From Candidatus Eiseniibacteriota bacterium (GTDB taxonomy: Bacteria > Eisenbacteria > RBG-16-71-46), in assembly GCA_963717505.1 (NCBI GenBank), contig OY970342.1, forward strand, positions 2,240,001 to 2,304,000: a stretch of 64,000 nucleotides of DNA. Direction: 5' to 3'. A program made the translations under genes and the position numbers. Below, in pieces: positions 48,801-57,261 of this stretch (position 1 is the stretch's first letter; each line of letters begins with the position of its first letter). The notes beneath the pieces were generated by a model, which worked only from the letters and a program-made list of their open reading frames with translations, had not been told where the DNA came from and searched no databases.

Positions 48801-49442
48801 GCGGTCAACTTGCTGGCGCTGGATGACTACACCAAGAAGAGAGAGCGCTGGCAATTCCTCACCCGCCAGCGCGAGGATCTGCTCCTGGCCAAGGCACAAT
48901 TGCTCGAGGCCATCGAGAAGATCAATACCACCGCGAGCACGCTGTTTGTCGAGACCTTCGAGAAGGTGCAGGTCCACTTCCGCGACATCTTCAAGACTCT
49001 GTTCGAGGGCGGCGATTGCGAGCTGCGCAAGCTCGGCGAGGACCCGCTCGAGTGTGAGATCGAGATCGTCGCCAAGCCGCGCGGCAAACACCTGCAAAGC
49101 ATCAGCCTGATGTCGGGCGGTGAGCGGGCGCTGACCGCGATCGCGCTGCTGTTCGCGATCTACTTGGTCAAGCCTTCGCCGTTCTGCCTGCTCGACGAGG
49201 TCGATGCCCCGCTCGACGACGCCAACGTCGACCGCTTCCTGCGCATGCTGGGGCGGTTCAGCGACCGCACCCAGTTCGTGGTCATCACCCACAACAAGCG
49301 GACGATGGAAGCCTCGCCCTGCCTGTACGGCGTGACCATGCAGGAGCTGGGCATCTCCAAGCTGGTGTCGGTGCAGTTCGGCGGCGTCGAGCGTTCGACG
49401 CCGGTCGTCCGGCCGGACGAGCTGGTGGAGGCGGGAGCGTAG
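45861..49442 (+). CDS. smc: Chromosome segregation protein SMC
   Basis: GFKSF, GPNGCGKTN, coiled coils and hinge, MSGGE, LDEVDAPLD, ITHNK. Confidence 0.98.
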   Translation: MFLQKLELQGFKSFVDRVHLDFGDGITGVIGPNGCGKTNISDAIRWVMGEQSAKTLRGDSMEDVIFNGCPTRKPVGMAEVHLTFRNDRGILPTEYSEVTISRRVFRSGVSEYFLNKTPCRLRDIRDLFYDTGMGSHAYSVIERSMVDHVLSDNSGHRRFLFEEASGITKYKARKKEALSKLEAADGDLTRLNDIVFEIERELRSLARQVGKARKYQRLRDRVRDLDLLITARQVVGLRERERTAADQWQEEAVRREGAATALDKLEAGLNDQKLALLELERQLSTAQAGLRDREDTRVKAEQQTVLLRERADGLTGRAQEADEECARIQARLADVRGEEQEAQSRRAELRIGLEGAQREAEDREKSLAELDAELRQHRSAAADHKQLSLDLFSTEAEKRAARERVLERKSSIGERLDASRERLEAMEDRLAELERISIAGEERRDDLEVELQESRRLLAEAEQAVEAAAVALTAHDAGAGKLREEQAAAESRLNTLLELKRSFEGISEGAKALLTGTPVHGVIGVLADVLQVPATYIDALEASLGEASAFVLVESALARDAALERLRGIPQGRATLVDLSAVVPGAPPPIPEDKEVVGRASDLVRCDERHRPLVERLLGSVVMVLNRATAQRLATAGEGGLRFVSLDGEVWERGRVRAGSAASLPGLLHREMEIRDLTGQLAEMGMAIDAAGRERQALEAHRSERIAARAAAASEVDRRRDTAEQLDRELEAGSREQGWAAAEAEARIREITTFVAEQETLERQLQEAEAELARFQTQLDHARAQLVDLDTVVRNIETRRDEAAAGAQSARELLLRMAREDAECQARWARAEQTRRELEAALAARTTEGTEARARVAEIEAEISGIGAGLAGLLASEGEQRERVTELLGRFQTLKAGVQAGEDEARAKRFAQTELNELLHSLELDRVQVRAELDRTLERLRVEHELNPAEWQPAAEPEGFDPEQANRDLGEARERLRSVGAVNLLALDDYTKKRERWQFLTRQREDLLLAKAQLLEAIEKINTTASTLFVETFEKVQVHFRDIFKTLFEGGDCELRKLGEDPLECEIEIVAKPRGKHLQSISLMSGGERALTAIALLFAIYLVKPSPFCLLDEVDAPLDDANVDRFLRMLGRFSDRTQFVVITHNKRTMEASPCLYGVTMQELGISKLVSVQFGGVERSTPVVRPDELVEAGA

Positions 49443-49540
49443 TCGCGGCTCCGGTCGCGCGGCGTACGCCGCGCCCACGCCGTCGCTCCGAATCCAGGAG
49501 TGACCGCCGAGCCGCGCCAACGTGGCTCGCGCGGGCGCCC

Positions 49541-51631
49541 ATGGCACTCGCCGTACTGTTCGTCGTCGCGCTCTCGTGGCGGCTCGGCTACCTCGGCCGT
49601 CTGGCCCGGAGTCCCCTCGGCGGCGGGCTGACCGAAGACGCCGCGATCTACTGGGAGTGGGCGGGGGCTCTGCTCGAGCAGGGTTGGCTCGGGAGCAACG
49701 CGTTCTTCCTCGGGCCGCTCTATCCCTACACCCTTGCGATTCTGCGCACGCTGTTCGGCGACTCGATCTCGGCGATGCTCGTGGTGCAGGCCGTGTGGGG
49801 TGCTGGGGCGTGCGTCCTTTTGGCCGACGCCGCACGGCGAATCGCGGGACCGGTCGCAGCCGTGGTCGCCGGAGTGCTCGCGTGTTTCTACGAGCCCGCC
49901 GTGTTCTTCGACGGGCTCGTGCTCATGGAGAGTCTGCTCTTTGCGCTCGCTTCGCTGCTGCTGTGGTGGGTGGCGAAGTCGGCGCCGCGATCCGGACCAC
50001 GCAGTCTTTCGGCGGTGCCCGCCGCCGTGCTCGACCTCGCGGTTACCGGAGCGATCATCGGGCTCATGGCCGCCGGTCGCGCCACTTCGGCGTTGCTGTT
50101 GATTCCCGCCGCCTGGCTGCTGATGCCCGTCGCGTCGGACTCGCCGCGCCATGGGCTGCGGCACGGCCTGGCGCTCGCTCTGGGCTTCGGGCTGGTGGCG
50201 GCGCCGATCGCGGTGCGCAACCTCGCGGTGAGCGGCGAGTGGATTCCCTTCACCTACAACGCCGGCTACAACCTGTATGTCGGCAACAATCCGGAAGCCA
50301 ACGGTTCGTTCGTTTGGATCACCGGAACCCACCAGTCGTCGCGCGCCGTCGGCCAGGCCGCCGAGGGCGGCGCCACGCTGGACGGGCGCGAGTATCTCGC
50401 GCGCACCGAGGGCCGCGAGTTCGGACCCTCGGCCAGCTCGGCACTCTGGGCGTCGCGCGCGGCGGAGTACGCGCGCGCGAATTTGGGACGCTCGCTGTCG
50501 CTCGCGTTGCGCAAGCTGGCGATGATGTGGAATCGACACGAGTACCCGCAGATCGAGAACCTGGTCGAATATCGCCACGTGGCGGGCCCGCTCGGGTTGC
50601 CGATCGCCGGGAGCTTCCTGGTGCTCGGCCCGCTCGCGATCGCCGGCGGCTGGTTCGCATGGCGAAGGGGGGCGGCGGGCCGATTCCTCGTCGCCTATGC
50701 GGTCACCATGACCCTGGCCATCGCGCCGTTCTTCGTGACCGACCGCTTCCGCCACCAACTGGCACCTGCGGCCCTGGTGCTCGCCGGCATCGCCGCGGTG
50801 CACACGGTCGATGCTTGGCGCCGCCCGTTGCGCCGGCCCCGAATCGAAGCGACTCTGGCGCTGCTGGTCGGGATTCTCATCGTGTTCCTCCCGGCGCCGA
50901 GGCTGAGTGCGGCCAAGCAGGCGTGGGGCATGGCCGCCGACCTTGGCGTTCGCTGGATGGAGCGCGGGCGCCCGGACCTCGCGATCCGCGAGTATCAGCG
51001 GGCGATCGAGATCGAGTCGCGGATGGAGACGCCGTCCGGCACCAGTGCGGCGACCGAGCGCGCCGCCCTCTACCACAACTACGCCAACGCGCTGGTGCGC
51101 ACCGGACGCCCCGAGCAGGCGCTCACGTGGTACGAGCGGGCTGCCCAAGCCGCTCCCGACAACGCCACGATTCAGAGCGCGCTGGCGAATGCCTATCGGC
51201 GCGCGGATCGTGAGGCCGAGGCCGCCGCGATCGAAGCGCGACTCTCGGGGCTCGTGGGTGGCGAGGCGCTGACGCTCAGTCAAAGAGGGTGGGACGCCGC
51301 GCGAGGCGGCGACCTGGCAGCGGCCGAGAGTCTGTTCGCGCGGGCCGTGGCGGTCGATCCCGCGCTCCACGACGCGTGGGCCGCGATCGTGCGGCTCCAG
51401 GTGCAAACCGGTCGCGCCGCCGCCGCTCAGGTCTCGCTCGAACGTGCGCGCGCCGCCGGGCTTTCGGCCGCCAGCTCCGCCGCGCACGAAGCGCTGGTGG
51501 CGGCAGCCCTCGGAGATCGATTGCGCGCGGAACGCGCGCTGGCCGCGGTCCCGCCCGCGGCACTGGCAAACGACCCGGTCCTGAGCAACGTAGTCGAGAG
51601 CGCGCGCTCGCTACTCCAGGGAAACCCGTAG
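49541..51631 (+). CDS. GT-C (ArnT/PMT-like) glycosyltransferase with C-terminal TPRs
   Basis: DAAIY..WA, PLYPY, multi-TM, NLYVGNNPEANG, FFVTDRFR, TPR tail. Confidence 0.85.
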   Translation: MALAVLFVVALSWRLGYLGRLARSPLGGGLTEDAAIYWEWAGALLEQGWLGSNAFFLGPLYPYTLAILRTLFGDSISAMLVVQAVWGAGACVLLADAARRIAGPVAAVVAGVLACFYEPAVFFDGLVLMESLLFALASLLLWWVAKSAPRSGPRSLSAVPAAVLDLAVTGAIIGLMAAGRATSALLLIPAAWLLMPVASDSPRHGLRHGLALALGFGLVAAPIAVRNLAVSGEWIPFTYNAGYNLYVGNNPEANGSFVWITGTHQSSRAVGQAAEGGATLDGREYLARTEGREFGPSASSALWASRAAEYARANLGRSLSLALRKLAMMWNRHEYPQIENLVEYRHVAGPLGLPIAGSFLVLGPLAIAGGWFAWRRGAAGRFLVAYAVTMTLAIAPFFVTDRFRHQLAPAALVLAGIAAVHTVDAWRRPLRRPRIEATLALLVGILIVFLPAPRLSAAKQAWGMAADLGVRWMERGRPDLAIREYQRAIEIESRMETPSGTSAATERAALYHNYANALVRTGRPEQALTWYERAAQAAPDNATIQSALANAYRRADREAEAAAIEARLSGLVGGEALTLSQRGWDAARGGDLAAAESLFARAVAVDPALHDAWAAIVRLQVQTGRAAAAQVSLERARAAGLSAASSAAHEALVAAALGDRLRAERALAAVPPAALANDPVLSNVVESARSLLQGNP

Positions 51632-51643
51632 ACTGACGGACCC

Positions 51644-52552
51644 ATGCCCATGAACCTGTGGAATCGGATTCGCGACGGGCTCGCGCGCACGCGTGAGCGA
51701 GTGACCGGAACGCTCGGCGCCTTGCTCCAGCACAAAGGTGCCATCGATCCCGAGACCCGCGAGCGCCTGGAGGAAGCACTGCTCGCCGCCGACGTCGGGC
51801 CTTCGACCACCGACAAGCTGCTCGCCTCCGCCGCCGACCTGATGCGCCGCGAGCCCGAGCTGGACCTGCGCACCGCGCTCGAACGCACCGCCGCCGGAAT
51901 CACGGGCGCCAAGCGAGCGGCATTCGAGCCTGGAGCCTCGCGGCCTTGGGTGGCGCTGATCGTCGGCATCAACGGCGTCGGCAAGACGACGCTGGCCGGC
52001 AAGCTCGCGAGCCGATTCGCGAGCGCGGGGCGGCGCACGCTGCTGGTCGCGGCCGACACCTTCCGCGCCGCCGCCACCGATCAGCTCGCGGTGTGGGCCG
52101 AACGGGCCGGAGTGCAGTTGATCCGCGCCCAGGACGGCGCGGATCCGGCGGCGGTGGTGCACGATGCGCTCGCGGCAGCGAAGGCGCGCGACACCGAAGT
52201 CGTGCTGGTCGACACGGCCGGCCGGCTGCACACCAAGCAGAACCTGATGGCTGAACTCGAGAAGATGCACCGCGTGTGCGCGCGCCAGGTGCCGGGAGCA
52301 CCGCACCACGTGCTGCTGGTGCTCGACGCCACGCTCGGCCAGAACGCGCTCGCCCAGGCGCGCGAGTTCCAGCGCGCGACTGCGGTGACCAGCCTGGCGC
52401 TGACCAAGCTCGACGGCACGGCGCGCGGCGGCGCGGTGCTGGCGATCGCCGATCAGCTCGGACTGCCGATCAGCGTGGTCGGCGTAGGCGAGGGGATCGA
52501 CGACTGGGAGCCGTTCGACGCCGAGGCGTTCGCCCGCGGATTGTTCGAATAA
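51644..52552 (+). CDS. ftsY: SRP receptor FtsY
   Basis: GINGVGKTT, DTFRAAA, DTAGRLH, TKLDGTARGG. Confidence 0.97.
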   Translation: MPMNLWNRIRDGLARTRERVTGTLGALLQHKGAIDPETRERLEEALLAADVGPSTTDKLLASAADLMRREPELDLRTALERTAAGITGAKRAAFEPGASRPWVALIVGINGVGKTTLAGKLASRFASAGRRTLLVAADTFRAAATDQLAVWAERAGVQLIRAQDGADPAAVVHDALAAAKARDTEVVLVDTAGRLHTKQNLMAELEKMHRVCARQVPGAPHHVLLVLDATLGQNALAQAREFQRATAVTSLALTKLDGTARGGAVLAIADQLGLPISVVGVGEGIDDWEPFDAEAFARGLFE

Positions 52553-53437
52553 CTAGCTGCCGGACCCGCCGGACTTCTTCGGTTTGGCCGCCGCGGCTTC
52601 CTGCTCGCGGATGGTGCGCCGGTAGCGCGCCGGCGTGATCCGGGGCTCGATGCCGCGACCGTAGTCCTCGAGCCTGGCCTCGCCGAGCGAGCGTCCGCTC
52701 AGCACCTTGCCGGTGCCCTCGCGGGAGCGTCCGACCGCCCACATCTGCTTGTGCGTGGTCTGCTCGATCGCCTCGCGGACGATGCGGGTGATCGGAATCC
52801 GATCGTCGAGATAGATGGTCCGTGTCTCCAGCAGCTCGGTGCGCAGGGTGCTGTCGGGCTTCTCGGAGGTGACCGCGACGCCGTCGCGCATCACGACCTT
52901 GGTGCAGCGAAACTCGCCTTTGGGCACCGAAACCGTGTCGGTGCCGAGCGTGTCGTAGTCCCAGGTCAGGCGTTCCGAAGGCGCCTGGCGGCTCTTGAGC
53001 GAAAGCGGCGGCCGCTTGAGCAGGCTCTCGATCGGATTGCCCTGTTCATCCACGTCGTTGACGGTCTTGCGCATGTAGAGCTTCATGCGGGGGATCGCCG
53101 CGCTGTCGCTGAAGATCGTGTAGGACATCAGCGTCGAAACACCGTAGACCGCGCCGCCGTCGTTGGGCACGTTCCAGGTCTCGACCCAGAAGCAGTCCTC
53201 GCCCCAGAAACGCTGCTCGCCCCCGATCAGGACGGTCATGACGTAGTCGGACGTCTCGCCCTTGGTGTTCCCGCCGGTGACCCGATAGCGCACCCAGTCG
53301 CCGATCTTGAAGGTCGGCTTGGTCGTGTAGTCCACGAGGCCGATGCCGTTCACCGTGGTCTCCGCGGGAGCCACACGGGGCAGGGACAACGCGGCGAGGA
53401 CGGTCATCCACAGGGCGCTTCGACTGGCACGGTGCAT
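52553..53437 (-). CDS. Secreted hypothetical protein
   Basis: Signal peptide; GDWVRY, DTVSVPKGEFRC (VPAGxF-type motif). Confidence 0.75.
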   Translation of the reverse strand: MHRASRSALWMTVLAALSLPRVAPAETTVNGIGLVDYTTKPTFKIGDWVRYRVTGGNTKGETSDYVMTVLIGGEQRFWGEDCFWVETWNVPNDGGAVYGVSTLMSYTIFSDSAAIPRMKLYMRKTVNDVDEQGNPIESLLKRPPLSLKSRQAPSERLTWDYDTLGTDTVSVPKGEFRCTKVVMRDGVAVTSEKPDSTLRTELLETRTIYLDDRIPITRIVREAIEQTTHKQMWAVGRSREGTGKVLSGRSLGEARLEDYGRGIEPRITPARYRRTIREQEAAAAKPKKSGGSGS

Positions 53438-53572
53438 GCGGAATCTCCGAGGAAGGATTTCGATCGCGACCGAGAGTACGCGCGGTCGCTCCGGGGCCGA
53501 GGATTATCCCGCAGGCGACGGCTGCCGCCAAGCCGAGCGTGGCGCGGATCGCGGGAAAGGGGAAGGCGCAAC

Positions 53573-54268
53573 GTGAACGACGTGACCACCTCCGGGGATC
53601 AGGCGCCGGCGGCCGGCCCGCGACTGCGAACCGCAGGCCCGCGCGAGAAGCTCGCCCAGCGCGGCGTCCGCGCCCTCTCCGAAGTCGAGTTGCTGGCCCT
53701 GATCCTGGGCTCCGGGATCCGCGGCCGAGGGGTGCTCGCCATGGCGCGGCCGCTCGCACGCCGCGGGGCCGAGGCCCTCTCGGGCTGGCCGCTGGCCCGC
53801 TGGCTAGGAGTCCCCGGGATCGGCCTGGCGCGCGCCGCCGCCCTGGTCGCAGCTTTCGAGCTGGGGCGCCGCGCCTGTCGTCCGCGGCTCGGCGGCGTGA
53901 CGATCCGCGGTCCCGAGGACGTGCTCGCCCAGGTGCGCGACCTGCCGCGCGCGCGTCGCGAGCATTTCGTCGTCCTGCTGCTCAACGCGCGCCACGAGAT
54001 CCAGTGCCGCGAAGTGGTGTCGATCGGCAGCCTGAACGCGTCGATCGTCCATCCGCGTGAAGTGTTCCTGCCGGCCATCCAGCAGTCGGCGGCCAGCATC
54101 GTGCTGGTGCACAACCATCCGAGCGGCGATCCGGAGCCGAGCGAAGAGGACCTGAGCATCACGCGCCGGCTGGTCCAGGTCGGCGAGCTGGTGGGTATCG
54201 AAGTGCTCGATCACGTCATCGTCGCGGCGCGCGGGCTGGTGAGCCTCAAGTCGCGCCGGCTGATGTAG
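53573..54268 (+). CDS. radC: RadC/JAB-domain protein
   Basis: PREKL, ELLALILGSG, GSLNASIVHPREVF, HNHPSGDPEPS..D, LDHVI. Confidence 0.95.
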   Translation: MNDVTTSGDQAPAAGPRLRTAGPREKLAQRGVRALSEVELLALILGSGIRGRGVLAMARPLARRGAEALSGWPLARWLGVPGIGLARAAALVAAFELGRRACRPRLGGVTIRGPEDVLAQVRDLPRARREHFVVLLLNARHEIQCREVVSIGSLNASIVHPREVFLPAIQQSAASIVLVHNHPSGDPEPSEEDLSITRRLVQVGELVGIEVLDHVIVAARGLVSLKSRRLM

Positions 54269-54330
54269 CGTTCTGAGCGTCGCCCGCGACGCACGCCGGG
54301 CATCCGCAGGGCGGGTGCTATCGTCCGGGG

Positions 54331-54753
54331 ATGCCCGAAGGCTTTCGCACGTTCGATCACACCGGAGACCTCGGGCTCGAGGTCTGGGCTGACTCGCCGG
54401 AACGCCTTTTCGCGCTCGCCGCCGAGGCGCTGATGGCGCAGGTCGCGGTGTCGCGCTCGCCGGAGCCGCCCGAGATCGAGATCCGAGTCGAGCTCGAAGG
54501 CACGGATGCCGCGGACCTGCTGGTCCACTGGCTGAACACCGCGTTGCTCGAGGCCGAGGTGCGCCGGGCGCTGTGGACCCGAGCCCAAGTCGACTCACTT
54601 TCCGCAAACCGGATCGAGGCCAGGCTCGCCGGTCCCCGCCTCGACGCCGGCCATCAGGAATTCCTGCGCGAGATCAAGGCGGTGTCGCACCACTTCCTGT
54701 CGCTCGACCTCGAACCCCCGAATTGCCGGTGCCGAATCATCCTCGACCTATAA
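54331..54753 (+). CDS. Archease
   Basis: DHTGD, LLVHWLN, EIKAVSHH, terminal ILDL. Confidence 0.92.
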   Translation: MPEGFRTFDHTGDLGLEVWADSPERLFALAAEALMAQVAVSRSPEPPEIEIRVELEGTDAADLLVHWLNTALLEAEVRRALWTRAQVDSLSANRIEARLAGPRLDAGHQEFLREIKAVSHHFLSLDLEPPNCRCRIILDL

Positions 54754-54910
54754 GAAGAGGGGCCGTCCCTGGGCGGTTTCCCCCAAACCGATGAAACGTC
54801 GTTTCACGGCGTGAAACCGGGCCTCCAATCCGGTTAGAATGGATGCGGCCATCGACTCCAGAAGCGCGTCGCCGCCCCGGCGCTTCCCACCCTTGAGGAG
54901 GTTTCCCGAG

Positions 54911-55636
54911 ATGATCCCCCGCCACTGGATCGCTCCTGCGATCCTGGTCCTGGGCGCCCTGTTGCCCGCTTCCGCCATGGCCGAGAGGCGGCTCTCTTCG
55001 GTCCCCCCCGGGGCCACGATCCATCGGGTCGGCGTTCCGTACACGATCGCCGCGGCCTGCACTCTCGGCAGCATGCGCACGCCCGACCTCCTGCTCGAAG
55101 TGTTCCCGGGCGACGACTTCTACTTCACGCGCCTCGATCGCTCGGTCTGCGCCCCGTGCACGACTGCGGTGCTGAGCACCGCGTACGTCACGATGGACTT
55201 TCCGGTGGCGTGCTCGATCCCGATCGACATCTATGTGTTCAAGTCCACGGGGGGTGCGTGTCCGGCGCCGGACGTCTACAGCCTCATCCCGACCATCTAC
55301 GGACCCTATCCGACCGAACTCTCCGCGTTCGACGTCGGCATCAACGAATTCGCGATCGCCCTGCCGCCGGCGTGGCAGATCAGCGAAGACGCGTTCCTCG
55401 CGATCTCGTTCCCGAGGGCGGCCAAGCACTGCTCGGCGCCGGGAGAGATCCCGCAGATCGCGCTCCATCCGTTCTGCCCCGGGTGTCGCTTCTACCAGGG
55501 CTTCGGCGGCGACGTCTACGACCTGTGCGCCTCGCCCAGCACCGGAAGTCCAATCATGAGTGTCGACGTCGAATCCTGCTCGACCACGCCGACACGCGCG
55601 AAATCGTGGGGTTCGGTCAAGGCCCGCTACCACTAG
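54911..55636 (+). CDS. Cys-rich secreted protein with C-terminal SWGSVKARY motif
   Basis: Signal peptide; ~10 Cys; tail TPTRAKSWGSVKARYH. Confidence 0.8.
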   Translation: MIPRHWIAPAILVLGALLPASAMAERRLSSVPPGATIHRVGVPYTIAAACTLGSMRTPDLLLEVFPGDDFYFTRLDRSVCAPCTTAVLSTAYVTMDFPVACSIPIDIYVFKSTGGACPAPDVYSLIPTIYGPYPTELSAFDVGINEFAIALPPAWQISEDAFLAISFPRAAKHCSAPGEIPQIALHPFCPGCRFYQGFGGDVYDLCASPSTGSPIMSVDVESCSTTPTRAKSWGSVKARYH

Positions 55637-55847
55637 CGCGTCCAGGCGTTTCCGATTCGGTCCCGGCGCTTTGCGTGTCGGGGCCGTTCTGTTCCACTGC
55701 GGCTGCTGCCACCGGTAGGCACGTGCTGCCAGCCTGGCAGCCGCGGAGGGCACGAAGTGGAGTCGCGGGAGACCATGACGCTGAGGGGTTGTCGCCAATC
55801 GACGGGCTGGCACTGGGTTCGAGGCGGCGGCACACGGTGGCCCCGGC

Positions 55848-55863
55848 TGGCACGAGCGATGCA
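55848..55863 (+). promoter_or_regulatory. Sigma-54 promoter of the Hsp20 gene
   Basis: TGGCACGAGCGATGCA, ~100 nt upstream of ATG. Confidence 0.72.
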
Positions 55864-55966
55864 GTTGAACTTCCTGTGGCCGGGGTTTCTCGACCGGCCG
55901 GACGTCCCCGAGAGCCGGCGCCGCGGGGACGCCGATTGAAGCGTCAGCGCCGGTCGGAGGCGAGTC

Positions 55967-56407
55967 ATGAAAGAGCTCATTCCCACCCCCAACCTGGCGT
56001 CTTTCCGCAAGGAAGTGGACCGCTTCCTGGACCGGATTCGCGAGGGCGACGCGTTCGACCTGCTGTCCACCTCGGACTGGATTCCCAACATGGACTTCTG
56101 GGAGAAGGCAGACGCCTTCACCGTGAAACTCGAAGTCCCCGGGATCGAGCCGAAGGACATCGAGGTCCAGTTCCAGAATGGCCTGCTCACCGTTCGCGGG
56201 CAGAAGGCCAAGGTCGAGACCGAGGAAAAGGATGCCCGGTTCTATCGTTCCGAGCGGTCCTACGGCTCCTTCGTCCGCAACCTGCGGATGCCGGCCGGGG
56301 TCGACGAGAAGCTGATCGGCGCCACGTTCAAGAACGGTGTGCTGACGATCATGCTGCCGAAGACCGTGGAAGCGCGCGCGCAGACGATTCCGATCAAGAC
56401 CGCGTAG
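55967..56407 (+). CDS. Hsp20/alpha-crystallin small heat-shock protein
   Basis: EVPGI, LLTVRG, ERSYGSFVR, FKNGVLTIMLPK. Confidence 0.96.
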   Translation: MKELIPTPNLASFRKEVDRFLDRIREGDAFDLLSTSDWIPNMDFWEKADAFTVKLEVPGIEPKDIEVQFQNGLLTVRGQKAKVETEEKDARFYRSERSYGSFVRNLRMPAGVDEKLIGATFKNGVLTIMLPKTVEARAQTIPIKTA

Positions 56408-56409
56408 CG

Positions 56410-57243
56410 TTGTCCTTCAGACCAGGTTGGCGACGGCCGGCCGAGTTCCTCGGCCGGCTGTCGGTCTGCTTCGCGCTGGCGGTGGCGAACGGGGTCGGGA
56501 AACCGGCAGTACTCACGGCGGCCGGCGCGAATGATTCGGCGCCCACGTACCACGCCGAGCGCGTGCGTGGCCCGGGGACCGTTGCCGCGCTGCGGGCCCG
56601 ACTCGGCGCCGAGGCATACGCCGAGGTCCTGCGGTTGAACCGTGTGGACGCCGACCGCGCGCCCGACCTCGACACGCTGATCGTTCCGAACCGCCACCGC
56701 GACTTTCGCGCCCGGTCTCCCTACCCGGAGCGCATCCCCGCCTTCGACTCGGTCTCCAAGCAGCTGCTGATTTCGCTACGCGTTCAGGCGTTCGCCACCT
56801 ACGATTCCGGGCGCCTGGTGCGCTGGGGCCCGATCAGCAGCGGCGGAGCCACGGCGCCGACGGTGTCGGGCCTCTTCCACGTGAACTGGAAACTGCCCGA
56901 GCACCGCAGCACCATCGACTCGACCTGGCTCATACGCTGGTGCGTCAACATCGACAACCAGGTGGGCACCGCGATCCACCAGTACGCGCTGCCCGGTCGT
57001 CCGGCCAGCCACTGCTGCATCCGCTTGCTCGAGGATGACGCCGTTTGGGTCTACGACTGGGTCGAGACCTGGCGCGTGTCCGACGACGGCCGCGAACTGC
57101 TCGCGCGTGGTACGCCGGTGCGCATCTTCGGCGTCTATGCCTTCGACGCCCGACCTCCCTGGCGACGCCTGTCCGTGGATCCCGAGGCGGATCAGGTGGG
57201 TGCGAGCGAGCTGGAGGAGCTGATCGCCGAAGATGCGCCCTGA
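56410..57243 (+). CDS. L,D-transpeptidase (YkuD family); start uncertain
   Basis: QAFATY..WGPISSG, IHQYALPGRPASHCCIRL. Confidence 0.85.
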   Translation: MSFRPGWRRPAEFLGRLSVCFALAVANGVGKPAVLTAAGANDSAPTYHAERVRGPGTVAALRARLGAEAYAEVLRLNRVDADRAPDLDTLIVPNRHRDFRARSPYPERIPAFDSVSKQLLISLRVQAFATYDSGRLVRWGPISSGGATAPTVSGLFHVNWKLPEHRSTIDSTWLIRWCVNIDNQVGTAIHQYALPGRPASHCCIRLLEDDAVWVYDWVETWRVSDDGRELLARGTPVRIFGVYAFDARPPWRRLSVDPEADQVGASELEELIAEDAP

Positions 57244-57261
57244 CATCGGCGAGGGGCTGCT

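Noticed and set aside
47115-51487. 906-aa and 775-aa minus-strand ORFs
   Set aside because: Antisense shadows of smc and the GT-C gene, with no recognisable motifs
53573-54268. radC as a marker of a mobile element
   Set aside because: Full-length chromosomal type with host-like codons and no mobility genes nearby
55156-56409. Long N-terminal extension of the L,D-transpeptidase ORF
   Set aside because: Overlaps the secreted protein and hsp20 in other frames
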